A DNA stretch of 63,117 nucleotides, filler included, from Anaerolineae bacterium (lineage in GTDB: Bacteria > Chloroflexota > Anaerolineae > Epilineales > Epilineaceae): NCBI GenBank assembly GCA_029262755.1. It is 6 parts of 6 records of this genome, joined end to end, with 100 filler letters (N's around TTAATTAATTAA, not from the genome) between each part and the next. Parts side by side here need not be neighbours in the genome. Positions count along the whole stretch, not along the records: positions 50,854 to 63,117 come from JAJCYU010000282.1; 5 more parts are not named here. One strand, given 5' to 3'. The position numbers and the translations under genes are program-made. Positions 60,465 through 63,117 of this stretch are shown here, one piece after another. Each line of letters begins with the position of its first letter. Within the stretch, counting starts at the first letter, position 1. The notes beneath the pieces are model-generated. The model searched no databases. It saw only the letters and a program-made list of their open reading frames with translations, and had not been told where the DNA came from.

Positions 60465-61124
60465 TCATGCCCCCTGGGCCGTCGACCGCTTCGCCATTGG
60501 CGAATCCAGCTGCGCCCAGATTAGGACACACATGTAGCCGAAAAACTTCAGCCCGTGGGCAAGCGTTGACGGCCCGTCGAACACCTGAAGAGACCAGCAC
60601 ATGGACGAGGCGGACGCAGTCTCGATTGCGAGGGCGACGCTGAGTATCCGGTTGCGCCTGTACAGCCACCAGATCCCGCCGAACGCCAGACCCATCGCCG
60701 CGGCTGCCGGTTGATGCGGCCAACCCTCGAAATACGGGTCCGGCAGCTCGGACGTGAGGATCGACACCAGCGCGAAGCCCGCCAGCGCGATCTCGCCGAC
60801 GACCGCGACCCGCAAGGGGATCGCATACCGGACCCCTCGCAACGCCAAACCGCTGCGGAAGAACCCGACCGCAAGCCAGAAACTCGACAGCGACCAGGTC
60901 CACGGGATGAGATGGTCGGGCGGCGCCGCCACCGGTGCAATCGCTGTCCCGATCAGCCCGTGGGTGAAGTCGATCAGGCCGGCGACCAGCAGCGAGAGCC
61001 CGAGGGCGAACGCCCACCGGTGCTCCCAATTCCGAGCAGAGCGCATCGCCGTGCCGAGCCCGGCAGCAAATGCTGCCGTGCCGCACGCAATCTCGATCGC
61101 TTGGTGATCGACCTGGTCGATCAC
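60465..61124 (-). CDS. Polytopic membrane protein (6-7 TM), sensor-domain-like
   Basis: Alternating hydrophobic segments; His residues in DFTHG and LAHGLK. Confidence 0.65.
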   Translation of the reverse strand: MIDQVDHQAIEIACGTAAFAAGLGTAMRSARNWEHRWAFALGLSLLVAGLIDFTHGLIGTAIAPVAAPPDHLIPWTWSLSSFWLAVGFFRSGLALRGVRYAIPLRVAVVGEIALAGFALVSILTSELPDPYFEGWPHQPAAAAMGLAFGGIWWLYRRNRILSVALAIETASASSMCWSLQVFDGPSTLAHGLKFFGYMCVLIWAQLDSPMAKRSTAQGA

Positions 61125-61330
61125 TGCTCGGGCGGCTTCTCGTCTCCGCCACCGGCCGCCTCGCTGCGCTCTGCGAGTTGAGCCTGGATGGTCCTGAGAC
61201 GGTCATCGAGCCGGGACACCTGATGATGGCTCGAAAGCGGGCCAGCAAGTCCGGACGATGGAGAAAGGGCGACGAGGATTCCGAGCACTCCAAACGCGAC
61301 CAGTGCGATGAGTATCAACAGCTCAAACAT
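61121..61330 (-). CDS. Small single-TM / coiled-coil protein
   Basis: Abuts both neighbours; N-terminal TM segment. Confidence 0.6.
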   Translation of the reverse strand: MFELLILIALVAFGVLGILVALSPSSGLAGPLSSHHQVSRLDDRLRTIQAQLAERSEAAGGGDEKPPEQ

Positions 61331-61612
61331 TTACGGCGCTCCGGCTGCCCGCAACTGCTCGATCAGGGCTGGCAACACCTCGAGAAAGGCCGCCCCGAGT
61401 AAGGACAGCGCGCCGATGAGGGCCGAGGCGATCGCCCCGACCCTCGCGGCTGACGCCCTGGGGGTGGCCCTTGGCAGCTCCCCGCGGACCGCGTCGATCG
61501 CGCTGTGGATGTGCCCGTACAGGTCGCGGATCGACTCTCGGAGTTCCCGCGTCTGGGCCTCGTGGTCTGCGCGTAGCTGCCGCAGATCCGCACGCAATTC
61601 TGGGTCGGTCAC
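61331..61612 (-). CDS. Small coiled-coil protein with C-terminal TM (holin-like architecture)
   Basis: Heptad-like N-terminus and hydrophobic C-terminus. Confidence 0.55.
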   Translation of the reverse strand: MTDPELRADLRQLRADHEAQTRELRESIRDLYGHIHSAIDAVRGELPRATPRASAARVGAIASALIGALSLLGAAFLEVLPALIEQLRAAGAP

Positions 61613-61634
61613 GGTTCACTGCCGAGTGGGGCCG

Positions 61635-61874
61635 TCAGTCCTGCTCGGCCGACATCTCGACGAGCGACTCTCCAACCTTCGCGATGGCGTCCTTCGCCCG
61701 CTGTCGGCCGGCCCGAACTTGTTCGATCGTCAGGTCGCCGTCTTCGGATGCAGCTGCTTCCTCCATGTCGGAGACGTAGCTGCTCAGGGCTTCGTTGATG
61801 TTGGTGGACAGCGCGATCCCGCGACGAAATAGCGAGAGCCCCTCCGCCAGATCCTTGGCTTCGATCTTGCTCAT
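61635..61874 (-). CDS. Hypothetical phage protein
   Basis: AAAGGA RBS; helical acidic protein. Confidence 0.65.
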   Translation of the reverse strand: MSKIEAKDLAEGLSLFRRGIALSTNINEALSSYVSDMEEAAASEDGDLTIEQVRAGRQRAKDAIAKVGESLVEMSAEQD

Positions 61875-61926
61875 TTCAAATCCTTTCCGATGAGTGTGGG
61901 ATGTGGGGGGCAGTCAGGAGCGGAGG

Positions 61927-62367
61927 CTAGCCAGCCGCGCGCCGACCAGGTGGCATCCGTGCCGGGAGCGCGCGTTGCCGGATGCCCCAGGGGTGTGGTG
62001 GAGCGGCCGCCTCCCGATCGTCCGCGAGACCCTCGAGCAGCTTCTCGAGTCCTTCGAGCAGCTTCTCCGCAGAGGCTTGCAGCCGCTCGTAAGTGTCCAG
62101 GTCGCCGTCGCCGAGCGCGGCCACCGCCGCGTCCTGGACCAGATCGATACCAGTGAGAGCGCTGTGGAGATCGTTACCGAGCTCCTGGTCAATGTCGCCG
62201 TGGCGGATCAGGTCGTCGATCGTCGTCGCCACGATCTCAAGCCCGGCATCCACGGTGCGTACCGTCTTGTGCGGCGTGTCTGGGGTCAGGATACCCGGGT
62301 CGACGCCCGGGCAACCGGTGAGGGTCGCCAGGCCAAGCAGGGCAGCTGTTAGAGTTCTGAATTTCAT
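61927..62367 (-). CDS. Lipoprotein
   Basis: GAGGAG RBS; MKFRTLTAALLGLATLTGC lipobox. Confidence 0.75.
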   Translation of the reverse strand: MKFRTLTAALLGLATLTGCPGVDPGILTPDTPHKTVRTVDAGLEIVATTIDDLIRHGDIDQELGNDLHSALTGIDLVQDAAVAALGDGDLDTYERLQASAEKLLEGLEKLLEGLADDREAAAPPHPWGIRQRALPARMPPGRRAAG

Positions 62368-62463
62368 TTCGAGACTCCTCTTTTCGTTGGTGGAGGGTCT
62401 CGTAGGGTCGAAGGGAATAGTGAAGTTCGCGCGTAAGCGTGAATCGGGTCGGTCTGGGGCGAA

Positions 62464-63117
62464 CTATCCCGTGCCGCCCATCAGGGAGAAGATCAGCAGG
62501 ATCGTTTCAATATCGATTCCAGGGAAAGCAGCCGCGAGTGCCGCCGCACGCGCTTGCAAGTCGTCGGCCGGGTCCGGTGCCTCAGGCCGAGTACAAACCT
62601 CGAGCTCGGCTGCAGGCGCGAAGGCCCCGTCCGGACCACCAAAGATCCACTGCAGGATCGCGTTCTCCGGATACGCCTTGGTCTCCACTGAGACACTGAT
62701 CGAGGACTCCTGACCCGAGAACATCGATACGTCCGTCAGGGGCACGGTCGTGACCCTGGTGGCTGGAAACGGAGCCGTCGCCGCAACTTGGCCGTTGACG
62801 GCGACGACAACAGGGTTGGCGACCCTCGCTTCCGCGTCGCAAAGGACGCCTCCGATCTTACAGTAGGATCCTCCTCGCGAGTTGAAGGTCAGGGTTGCCG
62901 ATTCGACCACACCCTCCACCGCGGGAAAGACGAGCGCCCCTGAGATGAACAGGTCGAGCGTCGAGAAGTCGGCCCGCACGACATGGATCCCAGTATCCTT
63001 CGCCGCGTTGGTGGTTGCGGGAGCCAGGTTGTCGGGGTCTGGACCGACGGCCATCGTCACCGACGCAGACGTCGGTTTCACGACCTGGCACTCCGATTGA
63101 GCCACTGCCGGCGACAA
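62464..63117 (-). CDS. Probable exported hypothetical protein, 5' end beyond window
   Basis: Open frame to the window edge; AVAQ signal-cleavage-like start and hydrophobic C-terminus. Confidence 0.55.
   Translation of the reverse strand: MSPAVAQSECQVVKPTSASVTMAVGPDPDNLAPATTNAAKDTGIHVVRADFSTLDLFISGALVFPAVEGVVESATLTFNSRGGSYCKIGGVLCDAEARVANPVVVAVNGQVAATAPFPATRVTTVPLTDVSMFSGQESSISVSVETKAYPENAILQWIFGGPDGAFAPAAELEVCTRPEAPDPADDLQARAAALAAAFPGIDIETILLIFSLMGGTG

Larger units (their letters stand above)
50854..63117. mobile_element. Probable prophage/phage fragment
   Basis: Dense short co-oriented ORFs with start/stop overlaps, PolX, XRE HTH, RuvC-like resolvase, no housekeeping genes, apparently lower GC than contigs 1-5. 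No integrase or structural gene recognised. Confidence 0.75.

Overview
The window is six unrelated assembly contigs joined by five artificial 100-nt linkers (N-run, TTAATTAATTAA, N-run), so gene adjacency across a linker means nothing. Contigs 1-5 are GC-rich host chromosome, probably Chloroflexota; this is inferred from a recurring [IVA][YF]LP...R motif in secreted proteins and a GAAC-N4-GTTC-type SOS box. They carry topA, phoU and a PhoRB-like pair, a prfC fragment, a DEAD/DEAH helicase, recN, NAD kinase, proline dehydrogenase, proS and many secreted proteins. Contig 6 (50854-63117) looks like a prophage fragment, with a minimal PolX, a RuvC-like resolvase, HTH/RHH regulators and a cargo block. 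Main leads: (1) a TIR + class III cyclase + NACHT + FGE-sulfatase (CLec) protein with a DGR-type variable region, followed by a 26-codon stub of a DGR reverse transcriptase, i.e. a decayed DGR aimed at an NLR-like receptor; (2) an RCC1-like repeat gene interrupted by an in-frame TGA exactly at a conserved Cys; (3) an orphan lasso B2-B1-nucleotidyltransferase module with no cyclase or precursor; (4) pentapeptide-TIR and HEPN-like cargo in the phage contig; (5) a structured RNA after proS, possibly 6S. All calls come from reading the sequence; no database searches were run.
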